64,000 bases of DNA, from positions 4,125,777 through 4,189,776 of the forward strand of contig BDGG01000004.1 of assembly GCA_001949185.1 (NCBI GenBank), written 5' to 3'. The number at the start of each line of letters is the position of its first letter. Positions within the stretch are counted from its first letter, which is position 1. The notes below the pieces were generated by a model. The model saw nothing but the letters and a program-made list of their open reading frames with translations. It did not search any database and was not told where the DNA came from. Shown here piece by piece: positions 25,582 to 39,500 of this stretch. This stretch comes from Ramazzottius varieornatus. Lineage: Eukaryota > Animalia > Tardigrada. Both the position numbers and the translations under genes were made by a program.

Positions 25582-26329
25582 ATGTCGACAGAGTTCTTGG
25601 TAAGTCGTTTGTAACTCTACCAAGGGAACATGAGGGACCTTATACCTTTGAATGTTCCGACTGACGGAGTGGTGTTGGCTGTGGAGGATGTCGTGGTCAA
25701 GAATAGAGAAGGATCGTACGGGACCGGCCGGCTGTTCATCACCGAAGAGTAAGATAGATTTGCTAACTCTCACCACCAGCCTGTTCATGGGAATCAGACG
25801 TGACTACCATGTGTGATCTACTGATGGTTATTTGTGGTACTCGTGCAGGAACGTCAGATGGATAACGTCGGAGCTAAGAGGCTTTGTGCTGTCGTACTTC
25901 GAGATCTCTCTACATGCAGTCAGCAAAGACGTCACTAACTTCCCTGAAGAATGCATCTATCTGATGCTGGACGCTGGTAAAGAAGAGTCTGAAGAAGACA
26001 GCGAACCTGAAGAGAACGGGTTGGATGCTGAGATGAATGGAGGGACTCATGCACCTGAGAAAGAGCTGTACTTCATTCCCAACGATAAGTCCATGCTGGA
26101 CTCTATCTTCACGGCGATGGCGCACTGTCAGTCACTCCACCCTGATCCAGAGGACGTTGGATCGGATGACGACGCAATGCACGACGAGGAAGAGTCAGGA
26201 ATGGGCGAAGGTGGTGGTGGTGGGGATTTGACCTACGATTATGGCAGGGGAGACGAGAGGTACGGAAGCGATAACGACGAGGACCATCTTCCGGACAACG
26301 CTCACCATTTTGGCAGTGGCGACCATTAG
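25582..26329 (+). CDS. CLNS1A: Methylosome subunit pICln, 2 exons (intron about 25749-25849)
   Basis: GRLFITE, ISLHAVSKD..FPEECIYLML and IFTAMAHCQSLHPDPED, followed by an acidic tail. Confidence 0.93.
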
Positions 26330-26570
26330 AGACTTTTCCGTTACTGATTGTTCCTTCTCAGTTCTCACTACCTTCCCAGATTATTGTGCTAGATATTTAG
26401 GATGAACAACGAAGCCTACAATTTTCTTGATGGAATTTTACTGCTTGTATTTGTTTTTGTAAGTTTATGGGTTCGAAACTCAGTGCAGACTGTTTCGTCT
26501 ATGGGGCAACGTTAAAAACAGAATACCGAGGCAAAACGTAATTCTTAGCGAACTATCGCCAACGCAGAGT

Positions 26571-28572
26571 TTAGACAGCGGTAAGCATCTCACTTCCTTT
26601 AATCTGAATCATACGCTCCATAGAGTCAACGTCGCCACACCATTCCTTCATGTTCTTCGTCAAGTTGGAGATCTAGGAAGAAAATAAACCAGTCAGCATG
26701 AATAATTCGATGAGGAGAAGTCGTAGATATGGGATGTAAGAGAATTTTCACCTGGTCCATGCTCAGTATCCTGGGCTTCACCCATGTCATATAAAATACA
26801 CGGGCTTTTTCGTCAATGTCGCCTCTGATGAGCTTCAAGGAAAGACCTCGCATAAGTAGTAGTTCCACCTGTGAGCACAACGGAGATTCAGAATAACATA
26901 TTCTGCTGTAACACATGAGAACACTTCGTAGGAGAAAGGAGCACAAACCTCATCCAGGGGGGTATTCGTGGTGGCAGAGATTTCTTCGAAAGAAATGTTA
27001 CGGTCGTGTGGTGGCCGCTTGAAGCCCATCTGTAAAGGATTAGATACTGAGCAATGCTTTTGTAATTCACATATTATGGAACAACGGCGTTGAGGTCTGT
27101 GTTCCTTCTTACCTCGACGATTCCAGTGAGGCGAAGTTTCTCTAACATCTGCTTCTGCATCTGGGCAGCCTCCGGCTACAAAGAATTATAATCTCTGAGA
27201 TCCCGTTCGTTCTAAAGTAGACGAGCATGCCAGAAATGGGTCATACCACTTGCTTGACCCATTGTCCTTTTAGGGCATCGAAGGCCTTCTCGTCGCCGTA
27301 ATTGAAGGCTTCCAATGATCGTAATAGCCAGTCATATTTAGGGTTCTGAAGTGCCAGTATAATGGGATGGACGAGCTAAAGGAAAAAAACATAGTAACTG
27401 TTAGAGAAACCTGTGGATATACGGCAGAACTGCATGGAAGCCTTACGAGCTCTCCGAAGCTGTATATTCCCTCTCCCAACACCGCAGCTATTGCGAGACG
27501 TTCAGCTTTGATTCGTCTTTCTTCCGCTGAAAGAAAAACGTCAAGCTATTACGTAGCTCATTACACGCGGAATATTCTAACTTACATGATAGTTTTTCGA
27601 GGTTCACGCAGCCCAAGAACTTCAGTGCTTCACGGAAGTACTCGGCATAGGTTCCACACAGACGATAATATTCGCTACTCAGCTCATAGAACTGCGGATG
27701 CGCCAAGCTAACATCGTCGATACCGCGTAGCTTCTTCTCGATATCTTCCAGGAGAGCCTGTAAAGCGTACAGCCAATGTGCTAAGTAACCTAAATCCTGG
27801 GCTCTGTTAGCAGATTGAACTACAGTACCTTGACCGCAGGAAAGTTTCCCGCGTTTAGGTGGACGGTGCCAATGGCGGTCTGGAGGAGACAATCTGCGGG
27901 GATATCTTGGGGGGTGTTTTTCAGTTTCTTTCGCGCATTCTCCAAGAAAGCGATGCCTTCCGGCGCGTTATCTGAAACACGGATGAACAGCGGTTACTGT
28001 ACTGTCATCCGTCTTATTACAGAACGCTTCGTGGTATATACTTGGGAAGATCTTTGGAGACAGAAATACTGCGATCTCGGCCAGTTTATGGGCTCCCATT
28101 CTGTAATAGAGATCCGGTACATACTGGTCTTGTCTAGCATAGTTATAGGGATACTTACCGTGCCTCAACATCCTGGATCAACTTCTTGTATAACTGCAAG
28201 ATAAATTTGCCTATAATACTGTACTAAGTGACGTCGCGACTAATAGACACCATTACCTCTGAATATCCACCGGCGCTGGCGACAAATTGCTCGTCTCTGA
28301 TGAGAGCAGAAAGCTTCATGGATAACTGATACCACAGCCTAAATCAAAACGCGAACGTTCATTTCGTTGTCGACGGAAGGAAGCTCACATCCATAGTGTA
28401 CACCGTATGACGATAACTCAGTGAATCCACGACTGAATTGATCGCGTTCTTCCCGATTTGATAGCAGAACGTACCTTTTCTCGTGATAGGCAGCAATTTC
28501 TGCCCAGTTGTCCTTCTGGGATCCCTCTGCGTTGCTAGACATCCTGGCTGCAAGATACTCCGCAGTCGCCAT
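26571..28572 (-). CDS. PSMD13: 26S proteasome lid subunit PSMD13/Rpn9, multi-exon
   Basis: K|LWYQL, FYELSSEYY, LGEGIYSFGEL, FKRPPHDRNISFEEI, EVELLLMRGLS and IRGDIDE..MTWVKPRIL (PCI domain). Confidence 0.95.
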
Positions 28573-29377
28573 TCTTGTTGCCGCTGATGTCCGTCGAATC
28601 GAACGACAAGGACAATCTGCCCAAAGGGTGGCGCAGTCCGAAGAGCTGCACAAAAGCTCACGACTAGAGATAACAACCTATCGCCGAAGACAAGAATGGA
28701 GTACTAGCAGGTTGCAAAAGGGATTTCGAAGAGCAAATCCTCCGAACAATAAGGAGATTCTGCTGACACATGGAGAGAAGAAACCTTTATTGAAAAGGAA
28801 CCGCCACCGTGTAGGTGGTAGCCTTTCGACTCTGTAGTTCAATTAACGTCATAACCATACATACCAAATGACAACTGCTGCTGTTAGTCTGCCACCATGA
28901 CCATGTATAATTGTCATTTTTGTCTTCGCGCTCGTTTTTTGCGTCTTACCTTTCCAGATCTCCACAAAATCTTTCGCCGTCACGGTCAGCGATCCGTTGA
29001 TGCAGCAGATCTTACCTTAAGCTTCTACTGTTGCTCGATATGTCTGAGTCTCACTAAAGAATCATCCCCTTTGCGTTGTTCACAGGTGTTGCCATTATCT
29101 CCGAAAGCCGATGGACTCTATGCAGGTGGATTATCCTAACAGGGTAATCCGCCTGTGTCGACTTACTCGAAACCTTGACTTGGACCACGTCTCGATCTTC
29201 ATTAACGTTTTACCCTGCAACAGCCGTCACATCAGACTGCCTAGATCTCGTCCTTAGTATGGAACGGTCACTCCCTGATAATTGGACCTGTTATTGCAGC
29301 GTCCTGAAAGATCCTGCCGGATGAGGTGTTTTGTTCCGCGGAACAACCATGCATCTTGGAGTGGCTGACCTGCCATC

Positions 29378-32300
29378 ATGAAACACTTCCCAAAGATACG
29401 GACTACCAGGAACCTGCTTTGTCTCAAACACCAGTCTGTGCTGGCTACCTTCGTAGTTTTTCTGCTAGAAGCCTACCGTTGTGATTCAAAGTTGCACTGG
29501 AAGAATATGCCCTACAGCCAGACCGGAAGTTTGCATGCTCCGAGTACTGCGACGAATCTCCCAGCGGAGTTACGGAACGCGCCATCCCGAAACCAAACCG
29601 AATCCGTAACAACAGCCATAAGTGGAAGCGGGAACGACCTTAACAAGAGCGCTACAATACTGGTCCGGAAACCTGTGATAAAGATTGGCGAACTTCTCCA
29701 TGGTCAAGCTCCCGAACCTCGCGCTCGGAAACCCCCTCCGGGCTCAATGACGCAGTTTATGATTGAGAATGATCTCCTACCCGATGTTCATGGTCAACTC
29801 CGGCCTGTTGCCCACGATCAATGCAGTAAGGACTCTGGTCGCCGAAACCATAAGTCGAAAAACTGAAGACAAAAGTCATCATTAAGGAGCTGTTTTTTGT
29901 TGCAGTTGTTACGGATCTTCCAGCGACTTTTCCCTTTGGCTACCGTCCGAGGAGAGACAGAAGCGGCAGACGCCGCAGCTTGGAGAGCGACGACGACATT
30001 TCTTCGAGCGCTAGTGAACTTAGCCGTATGTTCCCGTTTTGGTGGCAACACACGGAAACGAGGAAGTCAAAACCCACAGTCAGGTACCACTAGACATGCT
30101 TACAATAAGGGAAGCTTACTCTTCCTGACACTTCCGTTCTTTCTTTGAACCTAATCATATTGTTGAAGAAAGTCACACGTACTTCTTCTAGCCGAATTAG
30201 AAGTCATTGTTTATACCGTTCAACTGAGCCGGAAATCGATCTTTGCCGCTCTTCGGAGATGCAGCGCTACAGGACTTTAGATGGAACATGCAATAACCTA
30301 GTCTACACGAAGTGGGGAGCTGTCGGGAACCGCTATAGTCGGTTGACTATGCCAAGATATGACGACGGTGAGGTCTTGTCAACCAGACATAAGGATCGAA
30401 CCATGAAATCAGTGGTGAAATAGTGTAACTTTCTTTAGGGATCGGAAGACCACGACTGAAGGCCGCAGTGGACAGCTACGATGACCAACCTGCGGCTCTA
30501 CCAAATGCACGGAAGATTAGCAGGACAATGAGTCAAAGTCTGCCTATTCCGCATCGCGTGGGGAATTTGTTTCTGCCGTACTTTGGGCAGTTGGTGGCGC
30601 ATGACCTTGCCTTCAGTAGGTATCACTTGTTAAGCGGCTTTCTCCAAACTCTTGATCACCTAATCGTATTGTCCTGACACTTGCCTACTTACAGCTCCGA
30701 CTTACAGGCTCCACGGACAAGACGTTGACTGCTGCGTCCACAACGCTTTCTGCAATCAGCCAGAATGCTTCCAGTTCTCCATCTCCACTGACGACCCATT
30801 GTACTCCCATTACAACCTGACCTGCCACCAGTTCGCTCGGTCGGAGTATCTTATGCACAAGTCGTGCACTTCCGGTAAGATACTATATCAAACTCTTGAT
30901 GACGATAGTGCGGTCGCCCTACTAAACTGATTTCTTTGAGAAAATATGAGCTGAGGCTGGTATGTCGTAGATCAGGTTACTCGTGAACAGTTCTCCCGAG
31001 TGACGCACTGGTTGGATGCGTCTTTCCTCTACGGGAATGATGAAGTGCAGAATCGAGACGTCCGTAATCTGTTCAACGGGCAGATGGCTTTTCGCAACAT
31101 AGACACGGGAATCCACAACCTGCAGCATAAGCAAATTTTCAAGCAGGTTCTTCCCAACTTCCCAAACGGAGCATCCTGTCCGTTCGGGAGAGAAAGAGAC
31201 ACTTCCTGTTTCCTAGCCGGTGACGAGCGTGTCAATCAGCAACCAGTGATTGCGGCCATCCATATGATCTTTTCCCGGTTCCACAACCTGGTGGCTGGTG
31301 AACTGTCAGCGGGGAACCCTCGCATGTCTGATGAGATGGTGTTCCAAGAAGCGAGGAAAGTTGTGATAGCGGCCTACCAAATCATCGTCTACCAGGAGTT
31401 TTTACCGGGTCTCCTGGGACCTAGCGTGCTAGACAGTGAATTGTACCGGGACGCAGGTCTTCAGCTGAATGATTTCGAACACTTTGACCATTACGAACCG
31501 GAAACGGACCCTCATGTCCTGAACGAGTTTGTTGCCGCCGGTTTCAGGTCAGCTCGAAAGTGGAAACTCGGATCTTAGAGTTCATGCGTCGACAAATCTT
31601 TTACAGGTTGCATACCTTGGTCAGCGACATTATTCCGCGATTGAAGTCTGTGATTGGACTGGCCGAAGCGACAGCGCTATCTTCTCAGTACAATAACCAT
31701 TCGTTACTGTACGAAGGTACTGTAACGTCAGACCCGGAAGTGCAAATCAAATTTATTGTGTATCATAAGACGGAAATTTGTGCTTTCTGTTATAGACGGA
31801 AGCGCGGATGTTATAATTAACGGACTTTTGGAAGAGCCAGCCTTGGCATTCGATCCACAAATTTCGGTTGAATTGCAAGGCCGCTTGTTCCGTGGTCAAG
31901 AACTTCCGGTTGGGCTGGACCTGCTTGCCATCTCGGTCCAGAGAGGACGCGATCATGGTACAGTTTGCAGAGTGGAAGATGAGCAGTCTTATATAAGGCT
32001 CTCCGTTGTTCTTACGCTATGTTTTCAGGCCTCGGAACGTACAACGATGTACGAGAGGCTTGCGGCTACGGTAGAGCAAGGACGTTTGAAGGCCTTGGAG
32101 ACTTCATTCCAGAGAAGAATATCTTCCTACTCAGGTCGTTGTATCGGTAAGAGCAAGATCCATTCCTTGTTTCGAGCGCGTTGTCTTGAATACATTTACC
32201 AGAGCTCTTTTGTCTTATAGAAGTGTGGAGGACATCGTAAGTGGCTCACTGAGCCGTCATGGTTCTGAGCTGAAAATCTTGACCCTAATAACATGTTCGC

Positions 32301-33147
32301 AGGACTTGATAGTGGGTGGTTTACTGGAAGATACGGTGAGGGAGGATGCTAGTGTGGGGTCGACGTTCGCTTGCCTCATTGCAACGGAGTTCCGGACCAA
32401 GCGGTTCTCGGATAGATTCTGGCACGAAAGATCGCACCAGTTCAGCCAGAGTATGCCTGATTTTTTTCTCCCCAAGTTAGTAGTACACTTGCAGACCTTC
32501 TATAACATATCGACGTACGTTCTTGTAGGTCAACTGAACTATCTCAGAAGGATAAAAATGTCGCAGATAGTTTGCCTCACTACCGGAATACGGCATGTGG
32601 CGGCCCAGTCGTTTCTGGTGGTTTCCGACAAGTGAGTCCCGTTTTTCAGAAGGGTATATTAAATGTACGCGCATTACCTAGTTGTTCAGCAAACGACTTT
32701 TTAGTTTCTACACCTGAGTGGTAAACCAAGGGTATATGTACCATCATGTAGAGAATTCATGGGGTTATCAAATAGGCGTAAGACATTTTGTAATATGAAG
32801 CTTGAAAAGTCGAATTCGGAACCATGACCAAAATGTACTGTAGTGCTACCAAATTATCGCGCACTCAACCACGTGAACAGTAAATGATGCCCGGATGTGA
32901 GCCAGCGAGGCTAAACTGTTAACATCTGATCGCACTGGGCTGCGATGAATCATCACGTGGTTCAGTGCGCGATAATTTGGTAGCACTACAGTATCTATAA
33001 AAAAGGACTGTAGTAAGTCGCGCCCAACACTGACAGTTTACTACAATGCTCAGCGTTCTTGTTTCGCTTTCCAGCAATCCTCTTGTCCCCTGTTCATCGG
33101 CGAAAGAATTCAACCTCGAAGAGTTCTTCACCATACCAGGACTTTGA
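29378..33147 (+). CDS. Secreted animal haem peroxidase (peroxidase-cyclooxygenase family, chorion peroxidase/peroxinectin-like), multi-exon
   Basis: YRTLDGTCNNL..WG, LPNARKIS, FGQLVAHD (distal His), THWLDASFLYG, CFLAGDERVN, FQEARKVVIA, AAGFR|LHT (proximal His), DLLAISVQRGRDHG and DRFWHE. Confidence 0.93.
32838..32991. mobile_element. TA-flanked MITE (154 bp, 39-bp TIRs), Tc1/mariner-type signature, in the last peroxidase intron
   Basis: CTGTAGTGCTACCAAATTATCGCGCACTCAACCACGTGA matches its reverse complement at 32953-32991 at 38/39 positions. TA sits immediately on both sides. Confidence 0.85.
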
Positions 33148-33526
33148 ACCTCCAGCCCTATGTAGATGGCACTTTTCGACAGTTCGTGGACCATGGCACG
33201 GTACGTGAGGTTCGTGGAGAACGTGGACAATGCTACGAGTTACGCAGTGCAGATGAGGATTTATCATTTACTTTCTTCAAGTAGCTAATATTTTTCCAGA
33301 TCAATGTACAAAAGCGGTTTTGCTGTCTGTGTACAGTGCACGCAAATAACTAAGAACAGAGACCCCTTAAGTACTGTAATATGAGTACGAGGTACACAAA
33401 ACAGAGAACTGATCCAGACTACAGCAGAGTTCAGAGTATTCACCTATTGTTTTCAATTATCAGATTTGTATCACAAACAGTAATCGGAACAAGGTTCCTC
33501 AAGGTCCTAGATGCACAAAGTCTGCC

Positions 33527-36500
33527 TCAGCAGTGGTCCATCACAGGAGGAAGCGAGTAGAAGTTTGCGGAAGAGCAAAGACTTTCGAACTCTTCGCACA
33601 TGTGCATCTGGCGAGCCATGGGTAATTCATCCAACTTTTCCTCAATCTAAAAACAAGAGACGCTTGCTTAGTTCTCCGGACAACTTTGGCAAGCTATAAG
33701 AACCTGTGTATGTTGTAAGCGTAACATACCTCAACACGGTATTTAATCGCATATGCGAAAAGTTCCTTCAAAGCGTTGATCGTATTCAGCTGATAACCGT
33801 ACTTCTGCAAAGTAATCCATTCAATTAGGGAACTCGAGCGAAGAATCTTGGACATTACACTACGAAAACCTTTGCCGCACCTTGGACAACGTGTTCATGC
33901 TTTCGGAAAGTTGGCGAGCATCGACGATGGGCATATCTTGAATATGGCCGTAGTACTTCTTGACCATGCCACGGTACTGAGGGATGTCTTTGGCGAACAG
34001 GAGCTTGCTGGACGGCGAGTCTTTCCCAAGACGCATTTGCTCGGACGACGAGCAACTGTCCATAAAGGTCTGTGCAACTACGGAGAGGCAAGCGTCGATA
34101 GTCGGAGTCTTCTGCACATCGAAGAGGAACTCGGGATTCTTGACCATGTTCACCCAAAAGCGCAACGGCAAACTGCAAGTGAAGAACCAAACGTTAACAA
34201 GGAAGTACGTACACGACCCAATCGATGAATCAGTTGTCATGTACAGTGAATGTTAAGCTCAGATATGAGTCTCTAGTTACCTGTTGCTTTTCCATGTATG
34301 GACAACGTCCGAGTCGATGACGCTCCCATAACGTCTTCCATAGTCATCATACATGTCGAAGAGCCATTTGACGGCAACCGGCAGATCGTCCCTTGCCGAC
34401 AGTATCAAGTGAAATAGGTCGTCAATGTACTTCTGCAAGGTTCCCTTTGTCGACAGCAGCCTCGTCAGGAAGACTTCCGGGATGTTTCGTTGGTTCTGAC
34501 TCCAGTCGTTGACATGGGTCGTCGGTGCTCTCAACGTGGCAAAGTACTGCATTTGGTCCGGCACATGGTACTCTGTTCCCGCTGGTTTGGTCAAATGCCA
34601 CACTTTGCCCGCATAGTCATGGGATAGTTTAGGCATGACTGCTACGGAGTAAGGTGAGATTTCGCAGTTGTTGGCACTGCCGTAATCGGAACTCTGACTT
34701 TTGAGGACCAGCGTCATGACAGCCGAATCGACGATGCCGTAATGCGCCAACGTGTTAATTTTCCGCCATCCATCGTGACACATTGATGTGGCGTCTTCAT
34801 CTTGGAGGATGATGCGTGAGGCACGACTGTGCCATTCCAGATCGATCTCGTAGACGGAAGGGCGGCTGGAGGCTGGCGACGTCTTATACAGGGCGTCCAG
34901 CAGCTTGGCTTTGACTTGGGAGATGGAGTCGCAGTCGAGGACTCTACAGTGAAGTTTCTGGACTTGGTCATCTTGCTGAAGGTGAATGACGACGTAGCGG
35001 TAGTCGACTTGCTGTCGGAGAAGACATTCTTCGGACAAAGAGTAGCGCGCTTCGTGAGTTAGGTAGTCGACAGGTCCCTTTTCCACTTGGTGCTTGAGGG
35101 CTTGGAACAGAAGAAAGAGCGAATTCCCTACTGGGCCGTGCAGGTAATCGAACATGGAGAGAGCGATCCAGTTGCTCATCATCTTTTCCACCACGGACTC
35201 GGAACGGCGAAGCATCAGCTGTGGATGGCGGGACTGCATGACCGATCTGTCCATCAAGTCCACCAGCAGTTGCCTGAAAATCCTGTAGAAAAAAACACCC
35301 CCGATTGAACAAATTAGTCATCTGGGAATCAGCGCGGCTTGGCTTAAGACATTGACTCCTGTTGAACTCTGACGATCGATAATCTTGGTGACAGATGTTC
35401 GGTAAGTACCAGCGGGGTGAGTTGTGACGGGCAGAACAAAACTTACTGGGTAAAGTAGTCCATCTTGTCCAGCATGACCGTCATGACCAAGGAAGCCACG
35501 TTCGAGCGGTCCCGGATACCGAATGTTGGTTGGCATTCCAGGGCATCAATGAAGGTTAGGAGGAACATCTCGTTTTCCAGAAGATTCTTGAAACGACCCA
35601 TGCTTGCTTCGAATCCGTTGCAGCGATTGTTGCGACAAGGTCGTGCATCTTGAAGGACCGGGTGGGCATTTGACAAAGGGAAGAAAATCTTGACGATATA
35701 AGACCGGTGATCCAAATATGGAATACCGGAAACCTGCAGGTCGTTTGCGATATCGGAGATGTCCGTCTGAAGTTCCGCAAAAGCTAGACAAAATGACGAA
35801 AGGAACAGTTGTTACTGCTTTCTGCCGCTGGTCTTCTGACGTCAGTGAACCTCTAAAAGCTTACCTTGCTTGCACTCATATCGGACATTGCTTTCCAGTG
35901 TATCCATTTGCAGCTGAATCCGTTTATATTCCCTCTCCGCTCTCGTGCTCTTTCGTCGATACAAGAACAGGGCCACAATGGTGACGACCAGCAGCAAGGC
36001 TGCCCCGGAAACAATACCGACCAGCGTGTCCGAACTGACCATCTTGTGAGCCTGCGTTTCATTAGCGCTAGTACTGCTGTACTGCACGAACCCAACAAAT
36101 GTAGCAGTGTTACCCATCTTGAGCATGACTCTCAGAGGAGCCTGGTCGGGTATTAACTCGCCCGGCGGAAGGCAGGTCAGGTACTCCGACGAAAGGGAAA
36201 CGATAGTGCATTCGTGCTCGCCCACCGAAACTTCGATGTCGATTTCCTTGCTTCCCAGATCCAGCCGTTCCCCCTGATTGCAAAAACATATAAAATTTCG
36301 GAAATGATAACGGTCAAAATGAGATAGCGGTTTGCTAGTCTTGAAGGTTGAGAAGGGAACCACGTGTACCTCAATGATAATGGGCTCGCCTTCTAGCTTT
36401 TTGGCAGTGTGATCGGCATCAGGGAACTGCCTGACCACGGGATCGGGGTAGTAGTTGATTTGACGCGAGGACCCAAGGGACTTGCTGCTCCATCCGTCCA

Positions 36501-39500
36501 TGTCGATGGTAATGTCGAACGAATAGATGGGTCCTTCATTTTGACTGACACTGGTGCTCACTGGAATACTCTGGAGATCGAGTGAGGCTGGAAGTGCCGG
36601 CACAGGACACAGTGTCAAGCGTGCCGATTGAACTTGGCAGTTACTGCTGTTAATGATTTGACCACTCTGGGCGGACGATGTGGGCCAATGAATATGCAAC
36701 CGGGTTGTCGAAACAGAGTCAAAGTTATCTCCATAGACTCGTAGATTCGATCCGCCACTATAGAAGGCCACCAGAGGCTCGATATCGCCAATTACGGGAT
36801 CGACAGCGTAAAAGTATTGACTGGGGAAGGTTCTTAGGGCGTCGTCAATCTTCACCACGATGTCTGCATGAGATGCGGCGATGCCGTGATTCCGCGTGCC
36901 GGCTGTCAAGCAGACCAATTGTGTACTGGAGCACTGGTCACGTTCCAGTTGGCATGGCATGCCACCCACACTGACTGAAACGTTGCTGCCAATATCGAGA
37001 TGGTTTCCGGAGAGGGTCAGCCGTGTACCTCCGGCTTGTGGTCCAGTGCGCGGAGAGACGTCGCTGAGACTGGCGTTCAGGAAGTAGAACTTCTGGTGCG
37101 ATGTGTGGCGGGTTCGTCGAGGCAGGTCGATTGTCACTGGACCTGAACGAGGAATGAGCTTCTCTGAGAAGGATGGCTGGATTCTGCACAGGACGCGTCG
37201 GGAGACCTGGTACTCGACAGGAACACAGGGAACTCCGCCAACTGTTATGGCTCCGAAGAGGTCTTCCATACGCATGCCCAGTTCGCGACCGACTATGGTG
37301 AGAACCGTTCCACCTTCGATCGGTCCACTCACAGGGAAAATCTGAAGAACATCACGGTTATGTTTTCCATGTGTAAAGGGTGTAACGAGTTAAAGACAAA
37401 ACTTTTTTCGATACAACTTTTTCTCTCATGACATATTTTTATAGTTGCGTTATACTCGGCTTTATTAAAAACCAGATATGCCCATTACACATACGTCAGC
37501 CATTTTTCTACGGTTATTCTGTTGCTGTACTGTATTACGTACCGAATCTATGGATGGTGCAGGACATGTAGCATTCTGTATGGAAGAATGTCCGGGAACA
37601 AATTGACACCTGTCATCCAGCCAGCCGCATCGGAACCTCGCAGCTTGTGTCAAGCACAAATTGCAATCTGGTCCTTTACGCACGCATTTGAAGAGTGTGA
37701 CATTGATGGTATCTACGTAATAATTCCCGTTGGAAATGATGGACAGAGTAGCCGAAGTGAGCTATAAAGTCAAAGCAGGATATAAATATGATGCTAAAAA
37801 TCACGCCGCTTGATTTATTCATGAAAGATCTTCCGGACCTCTGGTTCATCACTTTCGTATGAATAAACAGCTTCACGGCAGACAATATCTTGCGAGTTGT
37901 CCATTAGATCGGCAGCCGTCCGTGTTGAGCGCCCTTCAATTTCCACCAAGCATTCCAGCTGTGCCATTCCCTACAATTAAAGATGATGCAATCAAGGCAG
38001 TCACGTAATAAGAGCCGTTAATGTATCGTGGCCTATCTGATGAAATTATCCGTGTGAGTGAGAATATTGCATGTGTCCTTACATTTGAACGAGGAAGTCC
38101 TTTGGCTGCCAGCCTAATGGATGTTGGCGTCATATTCGGAATCAGAACTTCGGCTTCTCTTCCTGCAGGCGCAATGGAAGGGCAGGATTCGGCGGTCAAA
38201 CGCGGTATAGCCTGTAGATAGAAATTATATGGCTACTCTGCACATTCTGCAGCGACAAATTACACGGAAATAATTGGTAATACCTCGTGGCTACGCACAT
38301 ATTTGGAAATTATGTCGTGTGACTTCACTGCCTGACATCCTTGATTTGCATCTCGGCATGCTGCTTCTTCCGAACACCAATTACATCCCCATTTGCTGCT
38401 CATACAAGTCCGACACCTGTGTCAAAGCACAATCATGGTTAAAACAGAAGCTATTTCTGTTTGGGTTTGATTGTCATATGAAATCGAACTGAACATGCGG
38501 TACCGCTTGTGAGCTTCACAGTCGTATAACTGGATTGGGCGGCTGATAAAGTCCTGCCCGGTTTCCGTCGATCGTACGGCGACCGATACGGACGTGTGAT
38601 CTATTAGAAGAATAGTATTTTGTAATAGTGTCGACGTAAACTATTGTGGACTTTAGCTACTGGAATTTTGATGTTTACCTTTTCCGTGAGGGATTTCAGG
38701 CAAACTGGGCGTGGCAGGGACCAAGCAGCTGAGGCCTGTTGCCGTAATGTTGGCCGCAGACTTGGCGTTTCCGAAGACGCATTCGTAACTTCCGTGTGGA
38801 AGTACAGGAAGTCCTTGAATAGCCAGCTGAATCTACAAAGATAAGAAGAATTAATTCGAACAGTCGCTCTTTCAATTGAAAATCGATGTGTTCTGTACTT
38901 TACGATCAGTCAACGGACTATCTTAAGCTCAATAGACAGATTACTTCTTCCTGGCCTTTGAGTTCCTTCTTTACATTCGCGTGTGTATTTACTTTCGTGG
39001 TGAACCTGTGACGATGTCATTGGGTCACCGAGAAAGACCGATTATTTTGCAAATGGAACTTGTTTCACGAAAGGAATGTGGTTGGTGTTTAGCATACTGA
39101 AGCTGTAAAAACAAACATGCGTCGCGACCAGGCTAATCAAATTATTACAAGATCTGCCCTAAACTGGCGCTGTATGGAGGCGCAAAGAAAACAAGGTGCA
39201 GATGGACATGCAAGCTCATATGGAGCAGGCTCATATAGCTTCGTGTCGATTGATCGCGGGAGAGGATGGTATAATGGGAGCAATAGGGATGAAGAGCCAT
39301 GTGTACTCACTGTCGTGTCGCGTTGAGCGACGGATATATTCTGCGGCGCAATGGAGATAAAGTCGATGCACTCTCCGGCGCTGAATGGCAGCCATTTGCG
39401 TGGGGTAGTCTGAAACTGCATCCTCTCTCCCGCTGAGCGTTCACTAGTGTGGTCCTGGGAGCTGCACTCATGTTGCTGCATACAACTACAAAGCCGAAGA

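Noticed and set aside
7363-26329. Snurportin and pICln as an snRNP-biogenesis cluster
   Set aside because: They are about 17 kb apart with five unrelated genes between them, and nothing else supports a cluster.
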